Positions 47,749 through 61,021 of a stretch of DNA of 64,000 bases are shown in pieces. Source of the stretch: the human T2T-CHM13v2.0 reference genome, Homo sapiens. The position numbers were made by a program, and so were the translations under genes. The notes under the pieces are model-generated. The model did not search any database and was not told where the DNA came from. It saw only the letters and a list, made by a program, of their open reading frames with translations. The first letter of the stretch is position 1; each line of letters starts with the position of its first letter. The DNA is taken from assembly GCF_009914755.1 (NCBI RefSeq), contig NC_060947.1; one strand, 5' to 3'.

Positions 47749-49985
47749 TGCATGGCTCACGCTCTGCTTTCCATGAGAACACAGCTTTTCTGGGGGAAGA
47801 CAAGTCTTATTTATGCACATAGAGCCATTATAGCATATTAGGAGACAGTATGTAACCAAAAAATGAACCAAAAAAGCTCAAGCACCCAAATCAATGCTCA
47901 TAATTTAAAAATTGGTGATGGTCATGGATTTAAATATCTTGAAGATAACATTCACATGCATGTAAATGAATCACCACAATATACTACTCACTTGATCTTT
48001 ACGATAACCTCATCTTATAAATGAGCCACTAGACACCAAGAGAAAGGAGTCAATTGCTCAAGGTCACAGAGCTAGTAAGTGACAGAGTCCATATTTGAAT
48101 CCAGAACCATTTTAACTTAAAAGCCACCTATATTTCGCCTTTGGAACAGATATTAGTGCTGCCTGGAGTGATCAAAAAAGCTCATGGAGGAAGTGAACTA
48201 CTTCCAAAGAATGAATCCACAAGTAAAAGTGAATAGAGTTTAAAAAAATGAAAGATGTAAGCTAGGAAAGAGACAGTGAAGAAATTAAGTGTGGTGGGGT
48301 TAATCAAGGACAATTTGCGAAGGAGGTGAGTTTTTGCACTACATTTAAAATTACTGATGAATATGATGAATATGGATTTACATAGATGAAAGAAGGGCTT
48401 TCACATGTGTAGAGATGACAAACTCTGAAGTCAGGGTGCTATTTACTGGGAATGGGCAAGTGGATGGGAATGAAGTAAACAGAAGATGACAATCACATTA
48501 GTAGGGTTTTATTTCTTAAACACAGTGGTAAATAGGTGCTCATCATACGAGTCTGTATACTTTGCTTGTATATCTTATTATTTCATGATAAAATATTTTT
48601 AAATGACAGAGATTGATCTTTCCAGGTGGGGGAAATGTATTAAGTAGGACATAGAAGCAAGGACAATAGATGTCTATTCTGGAGTCATTTTAACCAGAAC
48701 CCTTATGTCTGGATTGAGCATTCATAGTCTCCCTTGTGGAGTGACCCACTGCCATTTCTTCCTCCCCAAGCACAGCACATGTTGAAAGCCTTGCTCAGCC
48801 CTCACTCTTGTTCGACTCAAAACTCTGCACCTCTGGAAATGCCCATTTACTGCCTTCTAAAAGATGTGCTTAGATGGCCTGTCTGTCTTCCTTGCTGTCA
48901 GGCGTGGTGTATCGGCGTGTTTACTACTTGTGGGATTTAGTGTTTAAACAAAAGCTTTGTACCCTCCCAAGAGATTGGCCTCCTGATTGGCAGGTGGGGT
49001 CAGAAGTACCCTCTTAGCCCTTCTCCAGTATAGTGAGAAGTGTTTGGAGCCAGACCTTAGTTGGAATCCAAGTCTGGCTCTCATAAGCTGTGTGACATTA
49101 GGCAGGTCACTTAAGCTCTCTGAGCCTATTTCCTCCTCTTCTGATGGTCGTTTCAAGAAGGAAATGAGATAATGTAGGGGAATCGCCTAGCAAAAAGCTT
49201 AGTAGAGCTTGATAAATGTGAGTTCTCTTCCCTCCTCCCTTTGTTGAAATGGCTGAACCTAAACATCAACCAATGATTAGTTTCAAAAATATTTTTGAAG
49301 AATAAATGTTGTATGTAATTTGGTAGCTTTTTTGCCAAACCTTCACTCAAGAAAAATCAAGTCATTCTGAATTCTTAAGCTGGCACCAGATGAATTCCCA
49401 GTCTCTGTTCAGACTGCTCCCTGGACTGCGACTGTCAGTGTCCAAGGCCTCTAGGACCTAGTCATAAAAACATGAGAACATAGACACCTTTTTATTCCCT
49501 TTGCCAAGAAGCATCAGCCAGCATCACCTGAGAACTTGCTGAAAATATACATTCTCAGCCACCATCAGCCCAGACCTGTGATCAGAAACTCTGGGAATGG
49601 GCCCGGTAATCTGCGTGTTACCCAGGGTGATTGTGATGCTTGCTCAAGTTTGAGAACCATCACTGCTCTAGGGCTCAGGGCTCCTCTTGGGCCATGTGCC
49701 CCAGGGTTCCCTCCACCACCCTCTCCCCACCCAAGAAGAGGGAGGCATGACAGTAGCAGCTAGAGAACTCTAGAAGAGGTTGAACTTTTGCCAGGAGGCC
49801 TGGAGGTGGCCCGTGCTCTTTGACAACTGTAGGAACCTCAGGAGCAGGTTGTGGAGCTCCGCCCAGAGCCCTGCCTATCAGAACTAGAACCTCCTCCAGG
49901 TCATGTGGCACAGTCCCTGCCTCTGCACAAGGCCTCGCAGGACCAGAGACCCCTGACCTTCACGCCTACTCTGCACAACCCCTAA

Positions 49986-52310
49986 AGCACTGGTTCTCCA
50001 AGTGTGGTCCCAGACCAACATCAGCCCCACCTGGAAAGATGTTGATGACAGCGGTGTGCTGTCCAGAGCGGCTGCTGCCATTACGCCACGGCTGTGGAGA
50101 GGGTGTGGGGAAGACGCAGGCAACCCGCCCCCGCCCACCCTCCCTACCTCCCCCGCAGCCTGCCGCCCTGGGGGCTGCCTCAGTGGAGCTGGGCCAGGTC
50201 ACCCGTCAGCGACGGAGCTATGTGGTCTAGCAGAGAGGGGCCCCGAGGCGGAGCTGGGCCCAGGGTGGTGCTGCGCTTGCACATGGAGCACGAGAGGCAG
50301 GAGGGGTGCAGAGCTGGGACCGTACTTCGGGGCCCGGGGCTGGAAGTAGGAGCAGTGCCCGCTTTGGGGACCCAGCCAGTGGTGCAGCCACTGTGCCCAC
50401 CTTGCCGAGGGTGCCAGGTTCCTGTGCCCTGGGAGGAGGCTCTGGGCGAGGCCACCTGGGACTGCCTCCCCAGGGTCCGCCCAGCATCCGAGTGACTGTC
50501 GAGCCTGACAGTCCCGACAGCCAGGGCCGAGGCCCAGGGCCTGTGGCCGCGATCTGCTCCCGGAGGCGCCCCGCCCCCCGCCACGCCCAGATAAAGCCAC
50601 GAGCCAGGTGAGGGGGACCCCTGGGGCACACCTGAGCAACAGGGCTGTGGGGAAAGCTCGCGGCAACGTCGCCCCTGCCCTGGATGACACCCCGGGCCCA
50701 GCGAGGACCTGAAGCCCCTGCCTCAGGCTGCGAGGGGGCACAGCCGGTGTTGCACACTCCAAGGACCCGGCAGGAGCTAGGAGCAGGCAGCAGCCCCACC
50801 CAACCCCTCTGGGTGCAGCAGCAGGCGCCCAAGTCAGGGCTGTGGACCCAGACCTCTCTGCCCTCTTGAGGGCCTGGGAAGGCTGCCCCTCCACCCTTGC
50901 AGGCTTGGAAGTGCCTGCTCCTGCTGCCTGGCTTTTCCCCGCTGTTGGCACCCACTCCAATCTCCGAGCAATGTGGGGGCCAAGCCTTGGTGTTCTCGCA
51001 GCCTGGCCAGGGGTGCATGTACTGGGGCCAGCGCTGACATGCCAGCGCCCTGCTGCCTCAGACTTCTCCAGAATTTGGGTGCAGACGCGCACAGGAGGGG
51101 ACGCCAAGGTGGGGGCTGAGAGCAGCTCCGCGCTGGCCTGCAGGAGCCCCTTGGCATAAGCAGGCTGGGCACCATGGACAGCGGCAGGAGGCCGACCGGC
51201 TTCTGGGCTGAAGGGGGCGGGTCCTCAGTGAGGCCCCATCTTCAGGACAGGGTGTGCCTGAAGGCTGGGGGCCGGGCTGCCAGGCCGGCAGACCACAGTA
51301 GGGACTTGTGGTGCCTTCTCCGGGCCCGCCTATGGTCACCCATGGACCAATCGGTGTGCACTTCCTCCCCTCTGAGGCCCATGAAAGCCCTGGGATCAGC
51401 CAGAGCAGAGCAGAGGAAGGAGAGACGATGGGACAACCAGCTGCCGAGAAGAGCTACCCTCTCTGCTGGGAGCTGAACACTTGTGGGGACGACCTGCTTG
51501 CAGAGAGGAGCTACCCTCTCTGCTAGGAGCTAAATACTTGATGGGACACCCTGGCTGCGGAAAGGAGCTGCCCCCTGCAGGTCTTCTCTGAGCAGTTCTA
51601 TTGCTCAATAAAGCACCTCTTCATTTTGCCCACCTTTCACTTGTCTGTGTACCTCATTCTTCCTGCAGGACAAAAACTCGGGACCTGCTGAATAGCGAGG
51701 CTAACACAAACAGGGCTGAGGCATGTCCCTTGCTCACTATGCTGCGGAAGAAGAGAAAGAAAGAAGAGCTACAGCCTTTCAGGGAGCCTAGACCTGGGAG
51801 CTCCCCAAACTAGGGCTGTGACTCCCTCTTTGGGGCCCTGTGGTTCCTGGCATCTCTAATCTTCCAGGTGCCAACATGTTCCCTGGTGCCAAGCATGGAA
51901 GCTGCTTGTAGTGCGCCTGGTCTGGTCACAGCCTTGCAGAGAGCTGGCACCCATGCTGGCACCTGGAGCTGCCCGCCCCACTGCAGCAGCTGGCGTGTCT
52001 GAATGCACAGTGGCTGGACCCCATGCTCGCTCGCACACCCTTCACCACTCCACACCTGACTCACCCTTGGCAGGCATGGGGCCCAGGCTGGTAGCATGAG
52101 CTGAGCGCCCCTGCCAGGCCAAGTAGGTGAAACAAGCCCATCAGGCCCAAGCAAAATTCAGGCAAAGGCGCCACTGGCCACAGAAGTTTCCAGCCAGAAC
52201 GACGACACCCCAAAGATCCCTTAACAATGTTAGAAACACAAATTCTCAGGCCCCACCCCAGACCTACTACAGGTGATTCTGATACAGGCTCAAGTTTGAA
52301 AACTACTGGC
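49986..52310. mobile_element. MER5A split by the MER52 LTR
   Basis: CTGGTTCTCCAAGTGTGGTCCC...GATGT | ATGTTAGAAACACAAATTCTCAGGCCCCACCCCAGACC...AAAACTACTG. Confidence 0.75.
50043..52226 (+). mobile_element. MER52 (MER52D-like) long GC-rich ERV1 solo LTR, 2184 bp
   Basis: TG...CA ends; perfect TSD atgt at 50039-50042 and 52227-52230; CCAAT at 51347, TATA-like CATGAAAG at ~51380, AATAAA at 51607-51612. Confidence 0.88.
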
Positions 52311-52349
52311 CTAGATTTTGCAAACAAATTTAACTTAATTTGCCTTTTA

Positions 52350-52663
52350 GGCCAGATGCTGTGGCCCATGCCTGTAATTCCAGCACTGTGGGAGGCCAAG
52401 GAAAAAGAATCATTTGAGGCCAGGAGTTTGACAGTAGCCTGGGCAACATAGTGAGACACTCCTGTCTGTACTAATAACTAACTAACTAAATAAATAAATA
52501 AATAAATTAGCTGAGTGTGGTGGCATGTACCTGTAGTCCCAGCTACTCAGGAGGCTGAGGCAGGAGGATTGCTTGAGCCCAGGAGGTCGAGGCTGCAGTG
52601 AACCATGATTACAACTGCACTCCAGCCGGGGCAACAGAGCGAGACTCTGTCTCAAAAAAAAAA
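52350..52663 (+). mobile_element. AluJ with expanded (TAAC/TAAA)n middle linker
   Basis: Diverged Alu with GGAGGATTGCTTGAGCCCAGG. Confidence 0.92.
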
Positions 52664-55600
52664 TGCTTTTAAAACCTTCCCATTCTCTGGCTACTTCTTT
52701 ACTACACAGGAGATAAAAAGTAAGACAAAGACTTGCTGATGAGAGGATCTAGAAAGCCATGCTTCCTAATTAGGAGAAACTCCCTTTCCACTCTTCTGTT
52801 TGGATTTGTCTGTTCTGTCCATTCATTTTAAACAGGACCTGTGGCTGGTCCTACTTGATTTGTACTTGGTACTTATTTCTCCAATAGCTTGTTGCCACTG
52901 GTAAAAGCCTTGGCACACAACACAGAACACTTGGACTGTAATACAAACAAGCATTTCGAACAGAGATTTAAACCACTTTCATGACAGCCACTGACATGGC
53001 ATGTTTTACAGCTGATATCAGTTCCAGTTGTGAAGACTCAGGGATTTCAGAAAATAAAGAAAATAAGGGGCACAAGTGGGGAGGCCTATTCCCCAGCTGG
53101 CAGACAAATTAGAGATCGAAACAGATCCAGGGAGCTCAATTAGTCAGGCTTTTTTATAGTGAAGGGGACAAGGGACGGGGCTTGGGCATGATTCAGCTGA
53201 GGAGCCCTCGCTGAGGAAGGAGAGGAGTGGGACATGGCAGGGCTGGCTGAGGGCATGGATAGGAGACACCGGGGCCTTAAGAGAGCTCTGTGGGTGAAGC
53301 CCGGGAGGGCAGAGCAGAGCCAGGGTCTCAGGACTAAAGTCTGAAAGTGTGGCCTGATAAAGGACTTCCCTCCCCAGCCAGAGTGATGGCTGCATGAGAG
53401 CCAAGTGGGCAAAGTTGTGTCCTGAAAACAGAAGCAAGCCTGGGGGAGAGGTCAGAGCTCACCCTGTGTACCTGCCAGTCTGAGGGAGAGCAAAGTGCTA
53501 GAGTCTCCTTCACTTCCCTCTCAGCACCCTTGCGCCCCAACCAGGTCTGTGTGCGCCGCTTCCCTTTTCCCACTTGGAAGGAAACTATCACAGAGGCCAA
53601 GATGAACCCCTGGGACTCCACACCACTGTCCAGCTCAATGCCAAGCATAAGGCCTTCCTAAAGAAAGCTGCTCTCCTGCTTGAGTTTTGTTTGTTTAAAA
53701 GGAACTCTCCCTGTCTTTCTCTTCCTGGAGTCTCCTCAGGGGCTCGAGTGGACCTGTCCCAGGACAGGGGCCTTGGCTCAGCACAGAGCATGTGGGCTCA
53801 GTGGTTTCTGTTTTCCCATCTTGACAAATCTGGGCGGCCTGCCTCCTGGTTCTTACCTGACAAAGATCTCAGAGCATCTCAGGGGGATGGAAGGGGAAGT
53901 CCCAGCTACCATAAGGGATGAAGTGACAGGCAGGGGAGATCTATGATAGGGAGAAGGGAGCTGCAGACTAAGCAGGCATTCTGTTAGCTCACTACAAGCT
54001 GCTGTCCCTGGGTGTTTTTCCTTTTGGTGCCAGCTGGCCACAGGTGCCAGCCTTCTGCAGTGAGTGCGCACTGGGTGTGCAGTGTTCAGAGGGAAGAAGG
54101 CACTTGTCTTGCCTATGCACAAAGGACTAGATGAGTAGCTTGTTAGCTCATCCAGGTGGGGTCCCTGAAGTGTTTGTGTGTGTTAGGGATGGGAGGATGG
54201 GGGCAGTTACATGATATTATACCAAGGTGCTTCAAAGTTGCTTCAAAATGCTACAATTCCCACCATTGGATCTATCCTTTGGATTAAAGCATTATGAACT
54301 TAAAGGGATAACAATCATTTCCTAAACTTCTTAGAAAGAATTAGTAAATGATGTCAGTGGATAGGTTCTCCCCCCTCAACTCCGAACTCCATGGGGAAAG
54401 AACCTTCAAAAGAGCTCCTCTGCATGAACAAGTTCTTGAGATAAGAGAAAGGCTAGGTGTGAAGAATGGGCTGTGGCCTAGAAAAGGTAGACTTGAGAGA
54501 GGGAGGAAAATCAGAAGGTTCCAAGGGGTACTTATAAGGAGTGGGGTGCACCAAGGCAGGGCAGGAAGCATGGGCAAGGGAGCAGGTGGGAAGGTTGTTA
54601 AAGGCAAGCCTTTTTCCATGGCCTAGAGGAAACAGCATGGACCAGATCTCCAAGGGCCTGAGATCTAGCTTGGCTGTTCCACTTAAGGGCTCGCTGATTT
54701 TGGGTAACCTAACTTTTCTGGGCCTTGGTTTCTTCATATGCCAGATGAGAATGGCAATCCCTATTCTACTTGTCTCATGGAGTTATTATGGAGTTATTAT
54801 AAGGCTCAGATAAAAAAATGAATAAAAAACTTTATGTAGACTATACAAGGCAGTATGAATTTATCTTGCAGTCTTGCCCAGGGCTATCACTTATTGAAAG
54901 TGAGCTTATGAAAATGAGCAACTCCACATTGTAAAACATGATACTAAGTGTGAATGTTTTGCCTGGTTTTTGATAGGCATGAGCCAAGTCTATTAGTATT
55001 CTTGGGTGTGAGGTTCCAGCATTCTCTAGCTTTACCTCCTGATAGCCTCAACTTTCACCAGTCAAGTCCTAGCACTGTTTACAGGTCCTGGTGGCATTTT
55101 TAAATGCTTTCAGTGGAGGGCTCAGACTTGATCTTTGTAGGAATCTATGTGTCCATTCCCACTCCCATCCTTTCTGCTGCAGCCCCCTCCTAAAGACTTC
55201 TTCTTTGCCTTTATCATATTACCTTGGCCACATTCTCAGCCTAACTTCTTGAAGATTTTCTGGAAAATTGGGAGACTAACTCCTTTGGGTGACTAAGTAC
55301 CGCAACTCCAGTGAGCACTGTTTACTTCATACACCACAGTGTGAATGGCACCCCCTGGATTTATGCCACACGATCTCCTGGCTTGCAGCATCTAGTGACC
55401 TCCCTACCCCAGCCTGTCCCTTCTTTAACTTGCTAACTTATCTTTCTTCTAGACTGAGCTCTTGCATCTTCTCCTCCTCTAGGAAGCCCGCTCTCGCCCC
55501 TAAAGCCAGCTGAGTGGCCCTCTGCATGTACAGCTCCCAGTGCCTCTCTCTGTCATAGCGCTGGTCCTACCATACTGTCATGGTCTGGTAACTTGTCTTT

Positions 55601-56177
55601 CTCTGCCACTAGACTGTATGCTCCTTAAGGGCAAAAGCTATGCCTTGTCTCTGTCTCTGTTGCCACCCCTGCCCAGGCCTGGTCAGTAGTAGGCCCTGAG
55701 GAAACAGTTGCTAAATGAACGAGGACTCTGGGACATTGGGAACTGTACCGCTGGAGAACTTTGAGAGTGCAACTAGGACTTCCCTGCTTCACACCCAAAG
55801 GACACTGTGCTTATTTAATTACTTGCGTGTGGGGGAGTTCAAACAGATGTTATAATAGCTCACTTAGCAAAGGACAGCTATGAGGGTTTTCTTTTATTAA
55901 CTAAATAGACAGCACCCATGTGGAATATTAAAAGCCAGATGGCACAAATTTCATTTTGTATATATCTGAAAGAGAAGCACTAGGTGCCAGCATTGTCCTG
56001 TTCAGCCTTAAGTCCAGTCTCAAAAGATTCTCTCTACCCACTTCTGGGTGGAGGCAAATGCATGGAGTCACTCAGGTTCTTGTTTACCTACCCTGGGAGA
56101 CTAAGCCAGCTTCACTCCACACCATTTCCCACCTACCACTGTTGGGAGAAAGCCAAGGGAAGATGAGGGTTGGAGAC

Positions 56178-56568
56178 TGTTATGGCCGGAATTGTGTCCC
56201 TCTAAAATGCACATGTTGAAGCACTAACCCCCAGTACTTCAGAATGTGACTGTATATGGAGGTTAGGTTTTTAAAGAGATAATTAAGTTAAAATGAGGCC
56301 ATTTGGGTGAGTCTTAATCCAATCTGACTGGTGTTCTTATAAGATGAGGAAATTTGGGCACATAAGAGACAGCAGGGGCATGCAGGCACAGAGGGCAGCA
56401 AGAGGGCAGCCATCTACAAGCCAAGGAGAGCAGCCTCAGAGGAAACCAACTCTGCCAGCACCTTGATCTTGGACATCTACCCTCCAGAACTGTGAGAAAA
56501 TCAATTTCTGTTGTTTAAGCCATCCAGTCCTTGGTATTTTGCTATGGCAACCTTAGCAAACTAAGGCA
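56178..56568 (+). mobile_element. MLT1 (MaLR) LTR
   Basis: TGTTATGGCCGGAATTGTGTCCC...CCTTAGCAAACTAA. Confidence 0.85.
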
Positions 56569-56964
56569 GGGTCCATTAATAGGTAAACCTTGGACTCCAG
56601 TTCAGCCTTCGAATGCCTAGGATAACCTCAGACCCATCCCTGAGCCTGAATCTTCTGGGCATCTACTATTGTGCTCCTCCTCACACCCTCACCCCAGGCC
56701 CACTGTCCATTTCTTCATAGTTTAATTCATTTCTCTTTTTCCTTCCTTCATTCACTCCTCATTGAACAGTTTCTGAGGTGCTGCAAGGTATATAGCACCC
56801 TGCCCTAATGAGCTTAAAGTCTTATAACTGGTACATATCTACCTGTAAGGTTAGAGATGAACTAGGTGTGTGGCATCACTTCTAGTTGGGGTGATTGGAC
56901 TAGTCAGTGAAGGAGGAGAAACATTATTCTGCATTAAAAAAAGATCTAGGGCTTGCAATGCAAT

Positions 56965-57230
56965 ATGGTGTAGCAGTTAAGAGCTCAGACTCTGAAATCA
57001 GACTGCCTAGGTATTGCAGTTAAGATGTTCTCTGAGGCTACATTGTCTGGGTTGGAATCTTGTGCTTCTTAATAGCTAAATGACTTTAGTAAATTACTAA
57101 ACCTCTCTGTTGCTCAGGTACTCCATCTGTAAAATGGGACTAAATATAATACCTACCTCATATGGTTATATTAGGATTTCATGAGTTAATACACACAAAA
57201 CTCTTAAAACAGTGCTTGGCACATAGTAAT
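56965..57230 (+). mobile_element. MIR
   Basis: CATCTGTAAAATGGG...AACAGTGCTTGGCACATAGTAA. Confidence 0.8.
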
Positions 57231-59068
57231 CACCAGGTAAATTTTACTGTTATAGTATTTAGGGACAGAAGACCTGAGTTTCAGCCTGTCACTACTAGTT
57301 ATGTATCCTACAGCAAGTAAGTTCTGCCCCTGCTGACTACCTGACAAGGTGCTTGGGAGGATCATGTAAGATAATAAACATTTAAGGATATTTAAAACTG
57401 TGGATATTATTATTGCTATTGAGTTGAGCCTTAAAGGATAGTAAAGATTTAACATGAAAGCTACCATTTACTAAGCACTTAGCCAAATGCCAGGAGCCAG
57501 GCTATGTATATATACTGGAAGCAGAAGAGGCAGATAGTCTGCCTTCTAGCTCCTTGGCTCCTAGAACACAGGCGCATGCAATATGTTTGGCCGAGTTGAT
57601 GTTTCTGTCCAGGATTTTGAATCTTAGAGGAGTAGCAGAAAGACAGAGATGAGTCAGAAGTCTATGGATGGTGCCAGTGACATGGTAGCATCAGCAGTGG
57701 CATTTTAGCTACGCTGGCCCTGAGCCAGTTAAGGGTCACCATAGTACCTAACCATTTTATGAACTGGAAAGCCAGCCTTTCAGTTGATTCTGTGAATAAT
57801 TTGCTATTCTTTCAATAAATCACTCTTCTGAATACAACTAGAGGATTTTTTGTCATTTGCAATAAGACTGAATAATATTTTTTAAAATGTTTGTATTTCT
57901 CCCAATACTCTGGTGTTGGGATTATCTCTATTTAAGGATGAGGAAACTGAAACTTGGGGGAGGGGGTGGGCAACATAACTTGCCCAATATTGCCCTGAAA
58001 GTAAGTGAGAGGGCCTGGACTTGACTCTGAGTATGGACTTACCACTACTTGCCTATACTTTGCTGGAGGGAGAGATTGGTGAAAAGCGTGCCAGGTGGAA
58101 GGAATCCTCCAGTCAAGCACAGATGTAAGACAGCACAGGGGTGGGGGTTTCAGAGAAGGGTGAGTTCCAAGATGGGAAAGGATAAAAAGCTCATGCTGGG
58201 ATGGTAAGAAACATAATTGGAAAGAAGGCTTGGGATCAGCAGTGTGGACTTCATTTGTCAGATAGCATTGAGCCACTGAAGACTTTGGGCTTTAAGAGGC
58301 AGCTATGTTAGCCTGTGTGGGAGGGGATAGGAACTTAACTGGGAAAGGCAGAGAGAAATTTTGTGGAAAGAATAAGCAATTCTTAACTAATTAATGATAA
58401 TTAGTGAGGAAGAGCCTAGTGACTGAAAGGCTGTTGACACCCTTGACAGAAATGGAGAAGCCTGGCCTGGGAGTGGTTTGGGGGTGACAGGAGGATGGAG
58501 GAGCAATCTGTTCAGGGTGGCATGCCTTCTTTCTGCTTCTACTAGGATTGGGCTTCCTTGAGTCCAGGCCACACTGTCATAATTTCTAGCCTTTCAGCCC
58601 CTTATTTCAAATCCTTACCATTTGTCTTTTCTCTAGGTGGTTAGGGAAGCCAAGACCCTGGGACTGGTTGATAGGACTCTGGTTTCATTCTGGGAACTGC
58701 ATCATTACCCACAGATGTGTGAAGCAATGGCTTGTTTGAAAATTGGAATCCTAGCCCAGTGGAGTCAGTCCCCTCTCTGGGCCCCCACAGCCCAGTTATG
58801 GTTATTAATAACTGGTGGTTCTCTCATCCCTAGTTCCAGCAGCCCAGCAGGACCTCATCCTCTTACAGTCTGCTGCCCTTTTGCTACAGCTGGCCAAGCA
58901 GATGATCCTTTAGCTTGCATTTCTAGCTATCTCTGGGGTTTTTTGTGCCCAGCCCTTGACGTGGCTCTGCCAGCCTTTGTGATTCTAGGGGAGAGGAAAG
59001 GTGGATGAATCAGGTCCCAGCCCTCTAGCTAGTTTCTCTGAGTTATATTGAAGTTTATTTCAACACAG

Positions 59069-59099
<31 letters not shown>

Positions 59100-59203
59100 T
59101 TTCCCATCTCCTCTATCCTCTCTCTCTCTTCCTCTTCTTTGTCTCGCTGGCCTATCTATTTTTGCCTCAGCTTCCTTTCTCCTCCTTCTTCTTTCATGCA
59201 TTC

Positions 59204-59553
59204 TGATATGGTTTGTTTGTGTCCCCACCCAAATCTCATCTTGAATTCCCACGTGTTGTGGGAAGAACCTGGTGGGAGGTGATTGAATCATTGGGGTGGG
59301 TCTTTCCCCTGCTGTTCTTGTGATAGTAGATAAGTCTCATGAGATCTAATGGTTTTAAAAATGGGAGTTTCCCTGCACAAGCTCTCTTTGCCTGCCGCCA
59401 TCCCTGTAAGATGTGATTTGCTCCTCCTTGCCTTCTGCTGTGATTGTGAGGCCTCCTCATCCATGTGGAACTGTAAGTCCATTAATCCTCTTTCTTTTGT
59501 AAATTGCCCAGTCTCAGGAATGTCTATCAGCAGCATGAAAATGGACTAATACA
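59204..59553 (+). mobile_element. THE1 (A-C type) MaLR solo LTR
   Basis: TGATATGG...GGACTAATACA; perfect TSD cattc. Confidence 0.92.
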
Positions 59554-60031
59554 CATTCCAACAAAAATTTTACCCCTACTGTGTGCCAGGACCTATGCTA
59601 GGTATTGGAAATCTATAGATGAGTGAGACACAGGCTCTACTCTCTAAATAACTAAAAAAACACTTGTAGGGAGGTTATGTGATGGCAGAAATAAGACCAG
59701 GATATCAGGAGAACATGCGTTATTGAGATTGGAAATGGGAGAAGACAGGGGAAGTTTCCTGGATGAAGTTATACCTGAACAGAATCTGAATTATCCTGGC
59801 AGAGATTGTGAGAGAAGGGCTGGGAGGAAGGTATTACAAAAAGAGGGAGTCAACATAAGCAAAGACATAGAAGCAAGACACAACATGCTGAGTGAAGGGA
59901 ACCAGCAATGTGGTGATGCTGGGATGCAAAATGAAAGGTAAGTCATGGCGTCGGATCAGCTGAAGCAGAAGGAAGAGCAGGCCCTTGCATGTTATTTTAA
60001 GAGCTTAGTCTTTATCCAGTAGATGATAGAA

Positions 60032-60377
60032 CAGTGGTCCCCAACCTTTTTGGCACCAGGGACCGGTTTAATGGAAGACAATTTTCCACAGATGTGGTGT
60101 GCAGGGATGGTTTCAGGATGAAGCTGTTCCACCTCAGAAGCTCATCAGGCATTAGAGTCTCGTAAGAAGCATACAACCTAGATCCCCCATATGTGCAGTT
60201 CACAATAGCATTCATGCTTCTATGAGAATCTAATGCACCTGGTGATCTGACAGGAGGTGGAGCTTAGGCAGTAATGATCACTGTCCTGCAGCTCACCTCC
60301 TGCTGTGTGGCCCAGTTCCTAACAAGCCACAGACTGGGACCGGTCCTGGTCTGTGGCCCAGGCGATGGGGACCCCTG
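60032..60377. mobile_element. MER1B hAT element
   Basis: Terminal inverted repeats CAGTGGTCCCCAACC / GGGGACCCCTG; 8-bp TSD tgataga(a/g). Confidence 0.9.
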
Positions 60378-60648
60378 TGATAGAGGGTCACTCAAAGATC
60401 TAAAACAGCAATGAAGAATGGTCATGTGTGTTTTTAGAAATACAGATAACTTTATCAGTGTGTGAGGGATGGGTTATAGGGGGACAAGACCAGAAAAGGG
60501 CAATCCTGTTGGGAGGCTGTTGCTGCTTTTCAAGTGAGATGATGGTGGCTTAAACTGGAGCAGTAGGTATGGAAAGGAGGGGACTGAATTAAGAAAAAAT
60601 TAGTAGGTAAAATCGGCAGGGCTTTGTGATCAATTGGATATGAATATG

Positions 60649-61021
60649 AGATATGGTTTAGCTCTGTGTCTTCACCCAAATCTCATCTTGAATTGTGATC
60701 CCACATGTTGAGGGATCTGTAATCCCCACGTATCGAGGGAGGGAGGGGATTGGATCATGGGGGCAGCTTCCCCCATGCTGTTCTCCTGATAGTGAGTGAG
60801 TTCTCATGAGATCTGATGGTTTCATAAGGCAGTTTTCCCTGCTCTTGCTCACTCTCTCACCTGCCACCTTGTAAGACGTGCCTGCTTCCCCTTCTGCCAT
60901 GACTGTAAGTTTTCTGAGGCTTCCCCAATCATGAGGAACTGAGTCAATTAAAACTCCTTTGTTTATAAATTACCCAGTCTCAGATAGTATCTTTATAGTA
61001 GTATGAAAACACACTAATACA
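60649..61021 (+). mobile_element. THE1D/MSTA-type MaLR solo LTR
   Basis: Typical body ending ACTAATACA; TSD atatg at 60644-60648 and 61022-61026. Confidence 0.88.

Noticed and set aside
49820-52154. Many long overlapping ORFs (up to 302 aa)
   Set aside because: Result of high GC inside the MER52 LTR; low-complexity Pro/Gly/Ala/Arg content and no domain.
58637-59008. 123-aa ORF after a polypyrimidine-AG (possible exon)
   Set aside because: No recognisable domain, GTG start and no partner exons; compatible with chance.
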